Assembly (NCBI GenBank): GCA_963796275.1
Contig: CAWCKY010000003.1
Span: forward strand, 64,001-128,000
DNA from: an uncultured Acidobacteriota bacterium
GTDB lineage: Bacteria; Acidobacteriota; Blastocatellia; RBC074
Direction of reading: 5' to 3'
Length of the DNA: 64,000 nucleotides
The position numbers and the translations under genes were made by a program. The notes beneath the pieces are model-generated. The model was not told where the DNA came from, made no database searches, and was given only the letters and a program-made list of their open reading frames with translations. Positions 21,001 to 33,926 of this stretch are shown piece by piece (position 1 is the first letter of the stretch; each line of letters begins with the position of its first letter).

Positions 21001-21726
21001 AGCGAAATTGGCTACGCTCGTCTGTCCGCCGCCATATTGCGCTCCCATCGTTCCGGTCTGCAGTTTGAACTCGCTCACCGCGTCGGCGCTCGGACTGAAC
21101 TCATTGTTGCTGCCGCCTTGCAGATCGAACCTTCCCAGCGGTATGCCTTCGATCAATATCTCGTGCGAGTAATACTGCCCTCCATTTATAGATCCCTGAA
21201 ATGTATTGCCCACCGAGCCGGGCAGACTTGAAAAGATGAATGTCTGAATCTGCCGGTGCCCGTCTCCGACCGCCACCGGCCATGTATCGAACTCCTGTTT
21301 ACTCACGTAGCGCCCGATCTCAGCCGTGCTCGATTCAAGCAGAGGAGTCGAGGCTGACACCGTCACCGTATCTGAGACCTGCCCTGCTTGTAGTTTGATA
21401 TCCACGGTCAGGGTCTGCGCGACTCGCAGCGTGATGTCATCCGCGACCGCAGTCTGGAACCCTGAGGCCCTGACCGAGATCTTGTAAGTCCCCATCGGCA
21501 GATAGGGCATGCGGTAAACGCCCGCGTCGGTTGTCATCGCCCTGGTCTCGATGTTCGTCTCTTTATTCAATGCCACGACCTCGGCGTTAGGTACTACCGC
21601 GCCCGTCGGATCAGTTACGATTCCGTTGAATGTACCTCGTTCGCCCTGAGCGAATGCTGATGAAGTTAGGATCGAAAGGAGAATGATGGATAGAGGTGCG
21701 AACCAGTATCTCAGATGTTCTCTCAT
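18092..21726 (-). CDS. Oar-like TonB-dependent receptor with carboxypeptidase-regulatory-like N-domain; 1-nt frameshift near 18395
   Basis: Signal peptide, GIVTDPTGAVVPNAEV, EFKLQTG..AQYG and LTLNLGLRWE. ORF 18092-18370 supplies the barrel end (FRIDMFNAFN..PRNMQFEARIVF). Confidence 0.9.
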
Positions 21727-21742
21727 TGGGCCTCCTCTGAAA

Positions 21743-21806
21743 ATAGTTTTTAGTTTTTAGTTGGGCCGTCTCGATCGGCGACTAAAAACTAGAAACTAAA
21801 AACTAT
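21743..21806. repeat. Inverted array of heptamers (TAGTTTT)n/(ACTAAAA)n
   Basis: Arms at 21743-21761 and 21781-21806, just upstream of the TBDR RBS. Confidence 0.8.
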
Positions 21807-21908
21807 CTTCTTTTCAGTGTGTTGTTTGTGCTGACATAGACGACTCTCCTCTCCGCAGGTCGGACAACCTGCGATACAGGGATTGCCACAGTGTTCTTCT
21901 TTGCGTCT

Positions 21909-22793
21909 TTAGCGGCGCAACCCGTAAGGTGAAGGTATGGGATGTTTTTTCAGTTCATCGAATTGGGCGAAGGTCTCTTTCGCGAGCTTCTCTTCGCCCG
22001 TCTTTTGATAAAAGCGGGCGAGCAGGTAATACGCCTCGCTGTAACCCGGATCGAGACCGATCGCCACGAGCAACGCCTCTTTTACTTCGAAGCTCGGCGC
22101 TTTCTGATATAACGCTTTCGCATAGTGATACCAGGCATGCGGTGATTGCGGATCATTTCGCCTCGCGCGATAGAGCCATCCGACGCCTCGCTCATAATCG
22201 CCTTCGTTGATCAACCATTCACCCAGATCGGTGAATGGCCAGGCGTATCTCACCTTCGAGCGTTCAATGATGCGGATCGCAGCCTGGAACTCGCGTTTCA
22301 CTCCCTCGCCGTCATTCTCACCTTTATGCACCAACCCAGCGTAGTAACGCGCCTTATAGTGCTCCGGCTGAATCCTGATCGACTCGCGGAAAGCCTCCAT
22401 CGCCTCGCGGTATCTCTTCTCTTCGAAGAAGCGCCGCCCCAGGTGATAACGCGCGTCGGCATCCATCGGGTTCAACCTGATCGCCTCGCGTAAATGGGTC
22501 TCGAACCTGTCGAACTTCCCGAGCAGGTATTCGACCATTGCGAGACGCTTGTATGTCTCCGCGGCCTGTATCTGCCCCCCATCAAGCGAGAGCGCCTTCT
22601 CCAACGAAGCAGCAGCGCCTGCCAAATCTCCCCGCTCCAAGCTTGTCTGCGCCTTCTCCAGCAATCGACTGACTGAACTGTTTCGTGTATCGTTATCGAT
22701 TTTTGGCGACACATATGGCTGTTCCTGTGCGCCAGCCCATGTTGGCAAAAAGACAAAAGATAAAATTCCCAATATCCTGGTTATCGTCCACAC
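21909..22793 (-). CDS. Secreted tetratricopeptide-repeat protein
   Basis: Signal peptide and repeated A..L.P....A.Y.LG TPR motifs. Confidence 0.88.
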   Translation of the reverse strand: MWTITRILGILSFVFLPTWAGAQEQPYVSPKIDNDTRNSSVSRLLEKAQTSLERGDLAGAAASLEKALSLDGGQIQAAETYKRLAMVEYLLGKFDRFETHLREAIRLNPMDADARYHLGRRFFEEKRYREAMEAFRESIRIQPEHYKARYYAGLVHKGENDGEGVKREFQAAIRIIERSKVRYAWPFTDLGEWLINEGDYERGVGWLYRARRNDPQSPHAWYHYAKALYQKAPSFEVKEALLVAIGLDPGYSEAYYLLARFYQKTGEEKLAKETFAQFDELKKHPIPSPYGLRR

Positions 22794-22987
22794 GACGTCC
22801 TGGCCTCGGGATACAACTACGCATCCCCTTCATTCCATTTTATCTATGCTATCTTAGCTAAGCTATTTCTATTAGATTTTTAGTTGATGATTTGGTTAGT
22901 TTATTTATAACGCCGGCTTTATAGCACACTCCTTACCCGCTGGCTATAGCTATGCTACATTTTTGAGTTGATCCATCGCTTTTATTT

Positions 22988-23740
22988 ATGAAATCGAAGG
23001 CGAAAAAAGAACGGCTCGATAACCTGTTGGTCATCCGTGGGCTGGCGGAGTCGCGCACAAAAGCACAATCGCTCATCCTGGCGGGTCAGGTTTTCTCACG
23101 GGAGCAGAGACTAGATAAGGCAGGCAAGCTCGTCCCTCCCGAAATTGAATTGACGATCAAAGAACCCCTCCCATATGTCAGTCGCGGCGGTCTAAAACTC
23201 GCCGCCGCGCTCGATCATTTCAACCTCGAAGTAACTGGATCGATCTGTCTCGATATAGGAGCCTCGACCGGCGGTTTCACCGACTGCCTGCTTCAGCGGG
23301 GTGCCGCACGTGTCCTTGCGCTCGACGTCGGCTATGGGCAGTTGGCGTGGAAGCTGCGCGAAGACCCGCGGGTCGAAGTCCGCGAAAATATCAATGCCCG
23401 CTATCTCAGTCCCGATGATTTCGATCTGCGTTTCGATCTTGTCGTCGTCGATGTCTCGTTCATCTCCCTGACCAAAATCCTTCCCGTCATCCCGCCCCTG
23501 GCCCGGCCGGAAGCCAGGATAATCACCCTCATTAAGCCGCAATTCGAGGTCGGCCGCGATGAAGTAGGCAAAGGCGGCATCGTACGCGAAGAGGCTCATC
23601 AAGAGAGAGTCGTTCTGGAGATCGCTAATTTCGGTCAGAGATTGGGGTTAGAGCTTATGGGGATTATCCAATCGCCCATCCTCGGGGCAGAGGGGAATCG
23701 TGAATTTTTATCGTGCTTCGTTATTAATGCACAGCATTAA
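22988..23740 (+). CDS. tlyA: TlyA-family rRNA 2'-O-methyltransferase
   Basis: S4 domain RLD.LLV, YVSRGGLKL, LDIGASTGGFTDCLLQRGA, LIKPQFE and GNREF. Confidence 0.96.
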   Translation: MKSKAKKERLDNLLVIRGLAESRTKAQSLILAGQVFSREQRLDKAGKLVPPEIELTIKEPLPYVSRGGLKLAAALDHFNLEVTGSICLDIGASTGGFTDCLLQRGAARVLALDVGYGQLAWKLREDPRVEVRENINARYLSPDDFDLRFDLVVVDVSFISLTKILPVIPPLARPEARIITLIKPQFEVGRDEVGKGGIVREEAHQERVVLEIANFGQRLGLELMGIIQSPILGAEGNREFLSCFVINAQH

Positions 23741-23886
23741 TCCACAGCATTAATTCTGACATCAGATTGGTCTCATTTTTGTTATTTTATTGCAATTCAT
23801 ATTGTCAAATGACTAAAATGGGTAACGAGCGCCAATAGATATAATCAGGCAAACTGATCTAAAAAACGGGGACTTAAGGAGGCACT

Positions 23887-24732
23887 ATGGGAAGGACACA
23901 TCTCGCTACCCTCATTATCTGTCTGTGCGGCCTTGCAATGACGGTACAGGCACAAAAAGCTTACAGGATATCCGATGATACGGTCGGAGACCGGATTCAC
24001 CGGCTCGCAGATTCCGCAAGGGATTACAACAATGCTTTGAATAAAGGTCTGAAAAAATCGATATACGCAAGCGCGAGAGATGAAAAGATCCTCCGCCAGG
24101 CCGGCGAATTTGAAGTATCAACGTTTCGTCTCAAGGAGCGGTTTGATAAAGACCGGTATGATAGCGAGCGATCCCTATCGGATGATGTTCGCCTCGTGTT
24201 GCGCCGCGCGACAAATGTGAACAGCTATATGGTCAGAAATTTCGGACGCACGGGCGCAGATGAAAGGTGGGCGGTGGTCAAAACGAACCTCGAACTCCTC
24301 GCTCGGAGTTACAATGTGGGATGGGTAGGCTATGGCATCTCAAATCGCCCCTATCGCATGGATGATCAAGATGCCAGAGAATTGCTCGAACGAATCAAGG
24401 CCGATGCCGAGCTCTTCCGTAAAGGGATGGAGTCATATCTCAAAGTCGATCGTTCAATCGACCGATACACGAGAGATGACATTAACGGTGAAGTTAAGTA
24501 TTTTATCAGCACAGCGTCGCGCTTGAGGGGGCGGGTTGATGATAAGGACGCTGGTGCCGCGGAATTTAACGAGCTGATGAACAGTATGGTAAAAATAAAT
24601 AGTTTCCTAAACAGCAAGGGATACCGTTTACCACGCCAGATTAAGGATGATTGGAGGGGTATCACTAACAATCTACGGAAGCTAGCCTCTGGCTATAAGG
24701 TCACCACCCGGTCATATAATTATAATTACTAA
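23887..24732 (+). CDS. Secreted helical protein with two tandem ~130-aa repeats
   Basis: Signal peptide and RBS AAGGAGG; repeats begin AYRISDD and PYRMDDQ, and end W...L..LA..Y.V. Confidence 0.8.
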   Translation: MGRTHLATLIICLCGLAMTVQAQKAYRISDDTVGDRIHRLADSARDYNNALNKGLKKSIYASARDEKILRQAGEFEVSTFRLKERFDKDRYDSERSLSDDVRLVLRRATNVNSYMVRNFGRTGADERWAVVKTNLELLARSYNVGWVGYGISNRPYRMDDQDARELLERIKADAELFRKGMESYLKVDRSIDRYTRDDINGEVKYFISTASRLRGRVDDKDAGAAEFNELMNSMVKINSFLNSKGYRLPRQIKDDWRGITNNLRKLASGYKVTTRSYNYNY

Positions 24733-24755
24733 TTACTAGAGGCCTTTTATTGCAG

Positions 24756-26414
24756 ATGGCAAAACACAATTTTAACGTAACGCCTCGCTTTAAAAAGCCT
24801 ACGGAAAACGGAAAAGGCAAAAAGTTGCAGAGAAGACAAATCTTATTTGTCTTCTTTGCTATTTTTTGCCTTTTTTGTTTCCCCTTGACCGCCCAAATGA
24901 AGAACCGGGCGACAGCCGCTCAACAGCGAGCGTCACGGGGCACAACTCCTAAACCCCGTCTTGTCATCGGGATCGTAATCGATCAATTCCGCTATGAGTA
25001 TCTGACACGATTTGAGAAATCATTCGGCGAAGGAGGATTCAAGCGCCTGCTCAGACGAGGAGCGGTCTTCGCCAATGCAAACTATATCCACACACCGACT
25101 TATACAGCTTGCGGCCATGCGACATTCATGAGCGGGACCACTCCTGCCCACAACGGTATCGTCGGAAACGAATGGTTCGATCGGGAAACGGGAAATCGCG
25201 TGACGAGTGTTTCCGATAATTCGGTCAAGCTGCTCGGCGGAACCAACGATCAGAGCGGGATGTCACCACACAGGCTGATCGGTTCGACCATCGGCGACGA
25301 GCTGAAATTAGCAACACGCGGCCAGTCGAAAGTGATCGGCATTTCATTGAAAGACCGCTCCGCCATACTTCCCGCGGGTAAGCGGCCGAACGGTGCATAC
25401 TGGTTCGACGCAAAATCCGGTAGTCTTGTCTCGAGCACCTATTATTTCGCCGATCTGCCCGAATGGGTCAAGAAGTTCAACCGCGAACAGAAACCCGACC
25501 GCTACCTGAACGAGGGTAACGGGGGCAATGGTGGCAACGGAGGCTCGGAAGGATCATCCCGTTCTTTCGAAGCCACGCCATTCGCGAACGACTACCTTAT
25601 CGATTTCGCAAAAGCAGCGATCGAAAACGAAAAGCTGGGCACTGATGAGAGCACAGACCTGCTGACGATCAGCTTTTCGGCAAACGATCTGATCGGGCAT
25701 ACCTACGGCCCGTACAGCAAGGAAGTCGAGGAGGTGACGCTTCATACTGACAAATTGCTGGCACAATTTTTCAATTACCTAGATCACAAGATCGGGTTCG
25801 AGCGTCTGGTGATCGCATTAACGGCGGACCATGGCGTTGCGCCGGTTCCCGAGCAGATGCAGGAGTTGGGCTTGGGAGGGCGGTTGAATGCCAGGGCCGT
25901 GGCAGAGAGCATTGAATCGGCGCTCGATCGTCAATTCGAGGACGAGAAATGGATCATCTCATACGTCAATAGCAATGTGTATTTTGATGCCTCGATCATT
26001 GAAAGGCGCAAGGTATCGACTGAGGAATTAGAGCGAGCTGCCTGTCTGGCAGCGCTCAAAAACCCGGGAATCGCCGCATGTTTCACTAGCTCGCAACTCA
26101 TCTCGGGGGCGTTGCCTTCTACGATTATCGCTCGCAGTGTGGCGAACGGGTTTTATGCCAGGCGGAATGGCAACATCGTGGTCGTGCCTCAACCTTTCCA
26201 TTTCTTCAGCGAAGGATCGGGCACGACGCACGGGACGCCTTACAGTTATGACACGCACGTTCCGGTGATCTTCTATGGCGCTGGGATTCATGCGGGAATT
26301 TACTACGGCGTCAGCAGTCCCGCCGATATCGCGCCAACGTTGGCCGCGCTGCTCAAAATCGAAATCCCGAGTAATAGCAGCGGGAGAATACTGAGTGAGG
26401 CGATAAGGGAATAA
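24756..26414 (+). CDS. Alkaline phosphatase, PafA/NPP type
   Basis: IVIDQFRYEYL, TYTACGHAT (Thr nucleophile), SLKDRSAIL, DLIGHTYGP, TADHG and THGTPYSYDTHVP; start codon uncertain. Confidence 0.9.
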   Translation: MAKHNFNVTPRFKKPTENGKGKKLQRRQILFVFFAIFCLFCFPLTAQMKNRATAAQQRASRGTTPKPRLVIGIVIDQFRYEYLTRFEKSFGEGGFKRLLRRGAVFANANYIHTPTYTACGHATFMSGTTPAHNGIVGNEWFDRETGNRVTSVSDNSVKLLGGTNDQSGMSPHRLIGSTIGDELKLATRGQSKVIGISLKDRSAILPAGKRPNGAYWFDAKSGSLVSSTYYFADLPEWVKKFNREQKPDRYLNEGNGGNGGNGGSEGSSRSFEATPFANDYLIDFAKAAIENEKLGTDESTDLLTISFSANDLIGHTYGPYSKEVEEVTLHTDKLLAQFFNYLDHKIGFERLVIALTADHGVAPVPEQMQELGLGGRLNARAVAESIESALDRQFEDEKWIISYVNSNVYFDASIIERRKVSTEELERAACLAALKNPGIAACFTSSQLISGALPSTIIARSVANGFYARRNGNIVVVPQPFHFFSEGSGTTHGTPYSYDTHVPVIFYGAGIHAGIYYGVSSPADIAPTLAALLKIEIPSNSSGRILSEAIRE

Positions 26415-26421
26415 AGAGAGC

Positions 26422-26528
26422 TCATTTTACATTGTTCATAATAGATTTTACATTTGTCATTTATTCACACCAATTGAATCATGCAACCAATGACAAATGT
26501 AAAATCTAATATGAACAATGTAAAATGA
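26422..26528. repeat. 40-bp inverted repeat with heptamer periodicity between convergent genes; possible bidirectional terminator
   Basis: 26422-26461 versus 26489-26528 are 39/40 complementary; units CATTTTA/CATTGTT/CATAATA/GATTTTA/CATTTGT. Confidence 0.85.
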
Positions 26529-26546
26529 TTTTGCCTTTTGGTTTCT

Positions 26547-27950
26547 TCACTCTTCCCCAATCTCTTCCTCTTCCTCCTCATCGCCTCCTCTACCTCGATT
26601 TGGCCGTTTGATGCCGAACTTATCCAATCGATATTGCATTGTCCTGAATGAGAGGCCCAATAGTTTGGCGGCGCGCGTGATGTTCCAGCCGGTCTGCTCC
26701 ATCGCCTGAATGATCATCGATTTTTCAAGTTCTTCAAAAGAGATACCTTCGGGTGGAAGCTTGAATCCGCCGGTGCTTTCGGATTGTGTAGCGGATCGGA
26801 TCTCGACGGGCAAATCTTCGGCTGTAACCTCATCTCCTTCAGCAAGCAGCAAAGCGCGTTCAATGGCCGATTCGAGCTGGCGCACATTGCCCGGCCAGGT
26901 ATATTCCATAATCAGCCTCTTTGCTTCCGGAGATAGGTTTATCGAGCGAGCTAGATTCGCGCTGTGTTTGCGCAGGAAGTGATCGGTCAGTATCTGAAGG
27001 TCGTCGCGGCGTTGTCGCAGCGGAGGAATATTTATGGGAATGACATTCAGACGGTAATACAGGTCCTCACGAAAACGCCCGTCTTTGACCATAGCCTCCA
27101 GGTCGCGGTTGGTTGCAGCAAGCACCCTGACATCGACTTTGATGGGCCTGGTCCCGCCGACGCGCATGACCTCCTTCTCCTGCAAGGCCCGCAGCAGTTT
27201 GGCCTGCATGCTTACATTGATCTCGCCGATCTCATCGAGGAAGAGCGTTCCCTTATCTGCAATTTCGAAGAGTCCTTTCTTTTCACCGACCGCGCCCGTG
27301 AACGAGCCCTTTTCGTGGCCGAAGAGCTCCGATTCAAGCAGGTTTTCGTTAATGGCGGCGCAATTGACCGCCTGGAACCGTTCGTTGACGCGCGGGCTCG
27401 CTTTGTGCATCGCGCGGGCGATCCGCTCTTTACCGGTTCCGGACTCCCCGCGGATGAGGACAGTGGAATTCGAGACGGCGACTTTGACGATCATCTTCTT
27501 AACGCGCTCCATCGCATCCGATACGCCCACGATCTCTTCTTCCACTGCCCTCATTTGTGAGACCGCTTTAGACAGCACCGCGAGTAGTTTCGCCCGGTCG
27601 AGCGGCTTCTCCAGGTAATCGAAGGCACCGCCGCGCAGCGCTTCTTTGACTGAGTTTATGGAGCCGTGCGCAGTCATGAGGATTACCGGCGTCGAGCTGT
27701 CGAGCTGCGAAAGCTCGTTGAGAAGCTGGATGCCGTCCATGCCTGACATCTTCAAATCGGTCAAAACCAGATCGAAACTTTCATGTTTGAAAAAGCGCAA
27801 TGCTTCCTGACCTGAACTGGCGGTCTTCACCTCATAGAGTTGAGAGCCCGCTTCATCGCGCTCGCCTGAAAGGATCAATTGCAAAATGTCGCGCTGGTTT
27901 TTTTCGTCATCTACAACAAGGATTTTCCTGGGAGACATGTTTTTCTCCAT
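26547..27950 (-). CDS. Sigma54-dependent response regulator (NtrC family)
   Basis: Receiver domain, [39 protein letters not shown] and Fis-type HTH. Confidence 0.95.
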   Translation of the reverse strand: MEKNMSPRKILVVDDEKNQRDILQLILSGERDEAGSQLYEVKTASSGQEALRFFKHESFDLVLTDLKMSGMDGIQLLNELSQLDSSTPVILMTAHGSINSVKEALRGGAFDYLEKPLDRAKLLAVLSKAVSQMRAVEEEIVGVSDAMERVKKMIVKVAVSNSTVLIRGESGTGKERIARAMHKASPRVNERFQAVNCAAINENLLESELFGHEKGSFTGAVGEKKGLFEIADKGTLFLDEIGEINVSMQAKLLRALQEKEVMRVGGTRPIKVDVRVLAATNRDLEAMVKDGRFREDLYYRLNVIPINIPPLRQRRDDLQILTDHFLRKHSANLARSINLSPEAKRLIMEYTWPGNVRQLESAIERALLLAEGDEVTAEDLPVEIRSATQSESTGGFKLPPEGISFEELEKSMIIQAMEQTGWNITRAAKLLGLSFRTMQYRLDKFGIKRPNRGRGGDEEEEEEIGEE

Positions 27951-28007
27951 TGTTGATTACGGATTGTGAATGAAGATCCGCCACAAACTGGATCTTGATC
28001 CCCAACC

Positions 28008-29477
28008 TTATTGGGATTCACGTGGCAAACGGGGCAATACGACCGTGAAGGTTGCCCCACTTTCGGGTTCGCTCTTGACCGAAATCTGTCCGCCGTGTTC
28101 TTCGATGATTTTTTTGGTCAACGGCAATCCGAGGCCGATCCCGGTCTCTTTGGTCGAATAGTAAGGTTCGAATATCTGCTCCAGAGCATCTGAATCAATT
28201 CCGGGACCGTTATCTGCGAACTCCACCTCGACCAGAGACGAATTGGGACTCAGCGTGACGTTCAGCGATCCGCCGTCGGGCATAGCCTGAACTGCATTGA
28301 TCATCAGGTTGGAAAAACAGGTTTTCAGCAGTTCCGCATCTGCCTGCAAGATGGTATTTCCGTTGCCATTTTGTTGAATGTTGATGGTGACGCTCTGTTG
28401 TTCCGAATGGGCAGCCACCAGCATGCGTACTTCCTCAATCAAAGTGCGCGCGTCCACCTCGCGCAGCTTGAGCTTGGCCGGACGCCCATAACTTAAAAAG
28501 TCGGTGACCAGCCGATTGAGCCGCGCCAGCTCGTCTTTTATGGTCGTCAGGATGCGCGTGTATTCGGCGCGCGGGTCATCAGTCTGCGGCGCGAACTTCT
28601 CCTTCAGGTAGTCGATTGAAAGATTGATGAAGTTGAGTGGATTGCGTATCTCGTGCGCGATGCCCGAGGCCAGGCGCCCCACTACAGCCGAACGTTCGGC
28701 GCGCTGCAGCTGCTCTTCCAGATCGCGGTTCCGGCGCAACCCGACAATCATATCGTTGAATGTGCCTGAGAGCCTGCTTATCTCTTCCGGACCGCCCACG
28801 GGCACTTCGAATCCGAGATCGCCCGCCGTGACGCGCTGCGCGGCCTGACTGAGTTCGGTAACCGGTCGAGTAAAACGCCTGCTGAAAGCAAAGAGTAGCG
28901 CGACCATCAATAATCCCAGCAAACCGATGACGATCAACCGGTCGCGTGCAGTAGTCGCGATGACTCGATCGATACGTTTCATCGACACAACGATGATCAC
29001 GGTGCGCTTGGTCCTCTCGGTCTCGAAGGCAACCTCGATCTTTTTAGCTCGATCGCCATTCTGGTCAATATCGTCATCCCCCAACTCATCGAGCACCATG
29101 AGCGGAAGGCCGGTGATATCGTCATCGACCGGGTTCTTGATATCGTTTTGATCGGTGCTGTTATCCATCACACCCGTCAGGGAATCGATTACGACAATCT
29201 TTCGAATAATACTGTCAGCGTTGACCTGCAGAGTGCCACCCCTATTCGGATCAATCATCTCATAGAGGAACTCATCTCCCGCAAGAGAGCGAAGCGCCAG
29301 CTCGACAGCCTGACCGGTCGCTTGCACATAATCCTTCATCTGCTGCGTTATCAGATTCTCCGATCGCGAGTTGAATACGTAAAGGGTGAAGGTCGTCAGG
29401 ATCAGCATTCCTGCGATGAATGCCATGAGCTGAGAGCGGAAGCTTGAAAAAGTTTTGGCTATTTCATTGAATATCAT
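28008..29477 (-). CDS. HAMP-domain sensor histidine kinase
   Basis: Two TM segments, HAMP, AHEIRNPL H-box, NLMINAVQA, DNGPG and GIGLGL; start may be 29510. Confidence 0.93.
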   Translation of the reverse strand: MIFNEIAKTFSSFRSQLMAFIAGMLILTTFTLYVFNSRSENLITQQMKDYVQATGQAVELALRSLAGDEFLYEMIDPNRGGTLQVNADSIIRKIVVIDSLTGVMDNSTDQNDIKNPVDDDITGLPLMVLDELGDDDIDQNGDRAKKIEVAFETERTKRTVIIVVSMKRIDRVIATTARDRLIVIGLLGLLMVALLFAFSRRFTRPVTELSQAAQRVTAGDLGFEVPVGGPEEISRLSGTFNDMIVGLRRNRDLEEQLQRAERSAVVGRLASGIAHEIRNPLNFINLSIDYLKEKFAPQTDDPRAEYTRILTTIKDELARLNRLVTDFLSYGRPAKLKLREVDARTLIEEVRMLVAAHSEQQSVTINIQQNGNGNTILQADAELLKTCFSNLMINAVQAMPDGGSLNVTLSPNSSLVEVEFADNGPGIDSDALEQIFEPYYSTKETGIGLGLPLTKKIIEEHGGQISVKSEPESGATFTVVLPRLPRESQ

Positions 29478-29506
29478 ATTTGTCGGGGCAGATTTGGGAT
29501 TTCCGA

Positions 29507-30286
29507 TCACAGCTTGTTGAGCAACTGCCGCGCTTTTTCCTGAGTACTCCGCTCGGATTTCGCGCGAGAAGGATTGATCTGTCGTCCGATGATATCCTGC
29601 AGCTGGCGGTGCGCATCTTCCTTTCGTCCTGCGTCTTTATAAGCCTGAGCCAGCACAAATTTCATTTGCAGGTTGTCCGGCGCTATTTTCACTCCCTGTT
29701 CCAGCCTTTCGATCGCCCTCTGCAGATTCCCGCCGAAGAGGCGCGGCAACTGGCGATCCATCTCTCCCAACGCGTGATATGCACTGGCTTCATGATAGCG
29801 GTCGTTCAGTCGCAGTACGGTCTCCATTTCGGCGCGAATCTTCTTGACCATCCGCAAAGCCTTGAAGACGCCTTTCTGCTCGGCGTATCCTCCATAATTT
29901 ACAGCCAGCCAGAAGTGCGCTTCAACCGCATTCGGTTGCTGGGAAATGGCGCGCTCTCCCAATTGGATCCCGCGATCGAAATGACGGAGTTTATCGTTAT
30001 TGCCCGCCCCTTCGCCTACGAAGTAGCAGGCGCGCGCCACACGCCATAACCATTGGTAATTGCCGCCATTGCCGGCCAGAGCCTTCTCGGCAATTGCTAG
30101 CGATCGTTTGTCACGCTCGACGTCTTCGCCGAAAGTCATCAGGCTGTCAACTTCCTGAAATGGGTTGACATAGGTAGCCGCCTTCGAGGCCTCCGCCAGG
30201 GTGGTTTTCGACTGTGAGAAGACATGTGAAGGAGAAATCACAGGGGCTAATAATAAAAAAATTACCGGAATACAAGCCCTTTTCAT
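29507..30286 (-). CDS. Secreted TPR protein
   Basis: Signal peptide and TPR-like helices (AVEAHFWLAVNYG; LPRLFGGN). Confidence 0.8.
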   Translation of the reverse strand: MKRACIPVIFLLLAPVISPSHVFSQSKTTLAEASKAATYVNPFQEVDSLMTFGEDVERDKRSLAIAEKALAGNGGNYQWLWRVARACYFVGEGAGNNDKLRHFDRGIQLGERAISQQPNAVEAHFWLAVNYGGYAEQKGVFKALRMVKKIRAEMETVLRLNDRYHEASAYHALGEMDRQLPRLFGGNLQRAIERLEQGVKIAPDNLQMKFVLAQAYKDAGRKEDAHRQLQDIIGRQINPSRAKSERSTQEKARQLLNKL

Positions 30287-30412
30287 CGTTTACAACCTAA
30301 CAACCTGATTTGAGTTTGGCAAGCGGCAGGTCACTGCTGCGAGCGGGGCTTATTTGCCAAATTACACCACATAGTTAAAATAGCGTTTTCTCTGGCAAAG
30401 GAAAAGGAACGC

Positions 30413-32416
<2,004 letters not shown>

Positions 32417-32439
32417 CTTCAGTTTCTAGGAGATTTCGG

Positions 32440-33819
32440 ATGAACGTCGGTCAGTGGATACGCGGTCGCCTTCCGGAGTGCGCAATCTTCGTTCTGGGCG
32501 TTCTCCTTCGACTGACGATGGTTTGGCAGTACCGGGCGGAGTGGGGGTACGATGGGCAGGAACACTTGGATTACGTGGATTGGCTCTTCAAGCATTGGAG
32601 TCTCCCGCCTCATGAGGATATACGCCTGGCCTTTCATCCGCCGCTATACTACACAGCAGCTGCGGGTCTGGTTAAGCTAGGCTCGACCAATCAAGGAATC
32701 ATCTGGCTGTCGATTGCCTGTGGCACCGTCCGGCTCGCCTTGATCTGGTGCGGACTCGAATGGTATCTGCCGCGGCGCTGGGCGCGCATTGCTGCCCTGG
32801 CGCTCGTCGCCATACTCCCTTCATCTATTCACATCGACGGCATGGTCTCCGGAGAGACGATGAGCGGCATGTTAAGCGTTGCTGCGATGCTGCTGTGGCT
32901 TAGAATATTTCGGGCAACCGGGCGACAACGCTGCCTGCTCGCTTGCTCTCTGGGATTGGTGCTGGGGCTGGGCCTGCTCACAAAGGTTTCGGTGCTAGTC
33001 CTGCTGCTTGCGTTCGGGATCGGCGTTTCGATCGATCTGTTGCTGCCGTCCGGAACGGTCGATAGACGAGCCTGGTTAAAGACGCTGTTGCCCTGGCTAG
33101 CCACGTTGGCCATCTGTCTGGCGGTCGCCGGCTGGTTCTACGCGCGAAATGTGGTGAAATATCGTAGGCCGTTTTTCACAAGCTATGAGACAACGCAGGC
33201 CTGGGTGGTGGCCGATTCGAGTCGTCTGCCATACATGGATCGTCGCAGCCTCGGTTTCGTTTTTGCCTGGGATATGTCCATCTACCGATTTCCCTATTAT
33301 CCGGTTGGCCTTCAGCAGCACGCGCGGTTCTTTCCGGTCGCTTTGGCATCGACCTTCGTGGACTACTATAACTACTGCTTCTCGGGACTGTGTCTCGATC
33401 AGCAATTTGAGGGGGGCTTGCTGGCCAACGGTCGCCCATTGACGCCCCGGCTGGTCACGCTGTCTCGCGGCGCCGTCCTCGGTGGGACCATCATTCTATT
33501 GGGAACGCTGGCTGCCTGGGCGGTTTGCCTGCGGTGGACATACCGTAAAGACTGGGGTCTGTTCGCGGTGCTGCTCGTGCCGCTGTTCACTACAATTTTC
33601 ATGCTCTTCTACGCCATTAAGTACCCTCACGATTATATGGGTATCATAAAGGGCGCCTACATGCAGTTCGGTACGGCCCCGCTTTACGCGATGTTCGGTG
33701 TGTCAGTCGATTGGGCGCGTGCGCGGCTCTGGCGTTGGCCAATACTCGTGGTCTTGTTGCTGGGCCTAGGTGGTGTCGCCGCTTACACATTCTTCTGTCG
33801 ATCGGGGCTATTGCCCTGA
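32440..33819 (+). CDS. GT-C (ArnT/PMT, GT39-like) glycosyltransferase, paralogue 1
   Basis: Polytopic; first-loop GYD..H.DY and FHPPLYY; LGLGLLTK motif. Confidence 0.75.
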   Translation: MNVGQWIRGRLPECAIFVLGVLLRLTMVWQYRAEWGYDGQEHLDYVDWLFKHWSLPPHEDIRLAFHPPLYYTAAAGLVKLGSTNQGIIWLSIACGTVRLALIWCGLEWYLPRRWARIAALALVAILPSSIHIDGMVSGETMSGMLSVAAMLLWLRIFRATGRQRCLLACSLGLVLGLGLLTKVSVLVLLLAFGIGVSIDLLLPSGTVDRRAWLKTLLPWLATLAICLAVAGWFYARNVVKYRRPFFTSYETTQAWVVADSSRLPYMDRRSLGFVFAWDMSIYRFPYYPVGLQQHARFFPVALASTFVDYYNYCFSGLCLDQQFEGGLLANGRPLTPRLVTLSRGAVLGGTIILLGTLAAWAVCLRWTYRKDWGLFAVLLVPLFTTIFMLFYAIKYPHDYMGIIKGAYMQFGTAPLYAMFGVSVDWARARLWRWPILVVLLLGLGGVAAYTFFCRSGLLP

Positions 33820-33840
33820 ATTGCACGCCTGCGCCACGCA

Positions 33841-33913
33841 ATGGTGATGAGAGAAGGCCTGTGCAGGAGGGATTTCCAGAAGAAATGCCAAATGGGGCGA
33901 AATTGAAATAGCT
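33841..33913 (+). repeat. Degenerate copy of the metG 3' end
   Basis: Translates NGDERRPVQEGFPEEMPNGAKLK* versus MetG IGEEGRPVLAGFLEEVPNGAKLK*; both end GCGAAATTGAAATAGCT. Confidence 0.9.
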
Positions 33914-33926
33914 ATAAGTTTGATAG

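Noticed and set aside
33711-33911. 66-aa ORF ending like MetG
   Set aside because: Not a gene: a chance frame running into the decayed metG-tail duplicate.
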